Positions 62,730 through 64,000 of a stretch of DNA of 64,000 bases are shown here, piece after piece; positions within the stretch are counted from its first letter, which is position 1; every line of letters begins with the position of its first letter. The DNA lies in the NCBI GenBank assembly GCA_024704765.1, contig JAKMXF010000004.1, positions 1 to 64,000 on the forward strand, in the 5' to 3' direction. The DNA comes from Oopsacas minuta. Lineage: Eukaryota; Animalia; Porifera. The notes under the pieces were generated by a model. It was given only the letters and a program-made list of their open reading frames with translations, was not told the origin of the DNA and ran no database searches. The translations under genes and the position numbers were made by a program.

Positions 62730-62894
62730 TATATCTGATGTGTAAATAGTTTACTTATTTTAACTTTTATCGGTTGATACTAACAATTTGATTTTTCTAA
62801 CCATATTCTGCTGCAAAGGAATGGTTAGAAAGGACCGGTTTCGACTGCACACATGATTGACATAAATAAACCGACGGACAGACATGGTATATTT

Positions 62895-62972
62895 AAGACT
62901 TGGGTTTGCTTATTAGTGAGTATGATTACGATTATGATAATGATTACAAAATCATAATCAGCCCCAAGCCTG
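62895..62972. mobile_element. 78-bp minimal derivative of the hAT family seen at 1-645
   Basis: AAGACTTGGGTTTGCTTATTAGTGAGTATGATTACGATTATG... resembles the reverse complement of 600-645. The right end is ATCATAATCAGCCCCAAGCCTG. No TSD. Confidence 0.6.
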
Positions 62973-63654
62973 ATGCTAAGACCTTTGCTCATCGCATATC
63001 CCTATGGATTTCAGGCGAAACTACAATAACTCCATTATGAAATAACCATAGGTCTGTCCTTGTTTCTATATAGTACTTGTAACAAGCCATATAACGTGTG
63101 AGGATAGTCTCAAAATTTCAAGATCGACAGCGGTAGTTGTATTAATGATGGACAATAAAGTCTATTAGTCCAATGCAAGAGATAGCAGAGCGGTACTGTG
63201 CTTGTAAGGCAATGTGTTTGGTTTGTCGCATGACTATAATCAAACTACCGAATTGGAATTGACTGGGTACACAAAGCGACATGCCAAATAATATAAACTC
63301 TGAAAATTATGTATTTGTGCTTTGCACCCGAATTCAATGTAGTTTGCATGCAATATTTATCTACCTCATTATATGTTGTTGGATTGCAAGTCCAATGAAG
63401 CCTTTTGAAAGTTCATTCAGAAAATCGTAACATATAGATCAATCTAAATAAAGAAATGCCGATTGGAAAAGTGTAGTAGAGAATACTATGGAAGGAAAAT
63501 TAGAAATAAATCTAAGATAGTGTTTATGAGAAAGAGAATAGACAACAACTGGAATAGGGGAGGTATAAAAATATGAAAATATGTAGCAAATGGTACTATT
63601 GAGAGAGAATAGACATCGATCTGCATGTTTACAGGAATATAAAGGCATTGGATT

Positions 63655-63655
<1 letters not shown>

Positions 63656-63697
<42 letters not shown>
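63656..63697. repeat. (CA)21 microsatellite
   Basis: Read directly. Confidence 0.97.
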
Positions 63698-63698
<1 letters not shown>

Positions 63699-64000
63699 CA
63701 ATTGTGTATGAACAATCTGACAGGTTATTCAAGTGCAATTTACATCATGTACTGCCAAAAAAAACAATCCAGATAGCTTTCTTAAAGTTCACGGATAAAA
63801 TAATATTTCAGTGCTTCTGTGAACTTCTTGAGAGCTTTCTAAAACCTTCTTTTCGGTACATTTTGTACTTTGCACTTGAATGACCGTGCTACTCGCATAG
63901 GACGCCAACAATTAAATAATAATTGTAATAGTAAAGCTGAATCATCTTTAGTCTCTTTTCTTAACCTTTTTGCACTATTTCCCACTTCGTAATACCCAAT

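Noticed and set aside
63439-63883. ORFs with VC or HT dipeptide runs
   Set aside because: Translations of the (CA)21 microsatellite.
1-64000. rRNA, tRNA, or bacterial/phage operons
   Set aside because: No such sequences were recognised. All coding content is eukaryotic-type, and most short track ORFs are shadows of TE remnants.

Overview
AT-rich eukaryotic DNA with short GT-AG introns, probably from an invertebrate animal (inference only). It is a dense graveyard of DNA transposons. I recognise hAT (Buster/SPIN, ZMYM1-like, ZNF862-like, ZBED-like and MITEs), six IS630-Tc1-mariner lineages (DD34D, DD35E, DD37D x2, DD37E, DD41D, pogo), PIF/Harbinger, a Ginger-like integrase element, Transib-like, Chapaev-like, Kolobok/Mutator-like, MULE and KDZ-like remnants. 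Many are nested. Only one transposase ORF is uninterrupted (DD41D, 20824-21966). Two host genes are recognisable: an intronless, very divergent AMPK-gamma-like 4xCBS protein (9305-10633) that seems to have lost most adenylate-binding residues, and an orphan first exon of TFIIF-alpha (35299-35687). I found no rRNA, tRNA, CRISPR array or prokaryotic system. Family assignments come from remembered motifs and were not checked against databases. Coordinates of decayed remnants are approximate.
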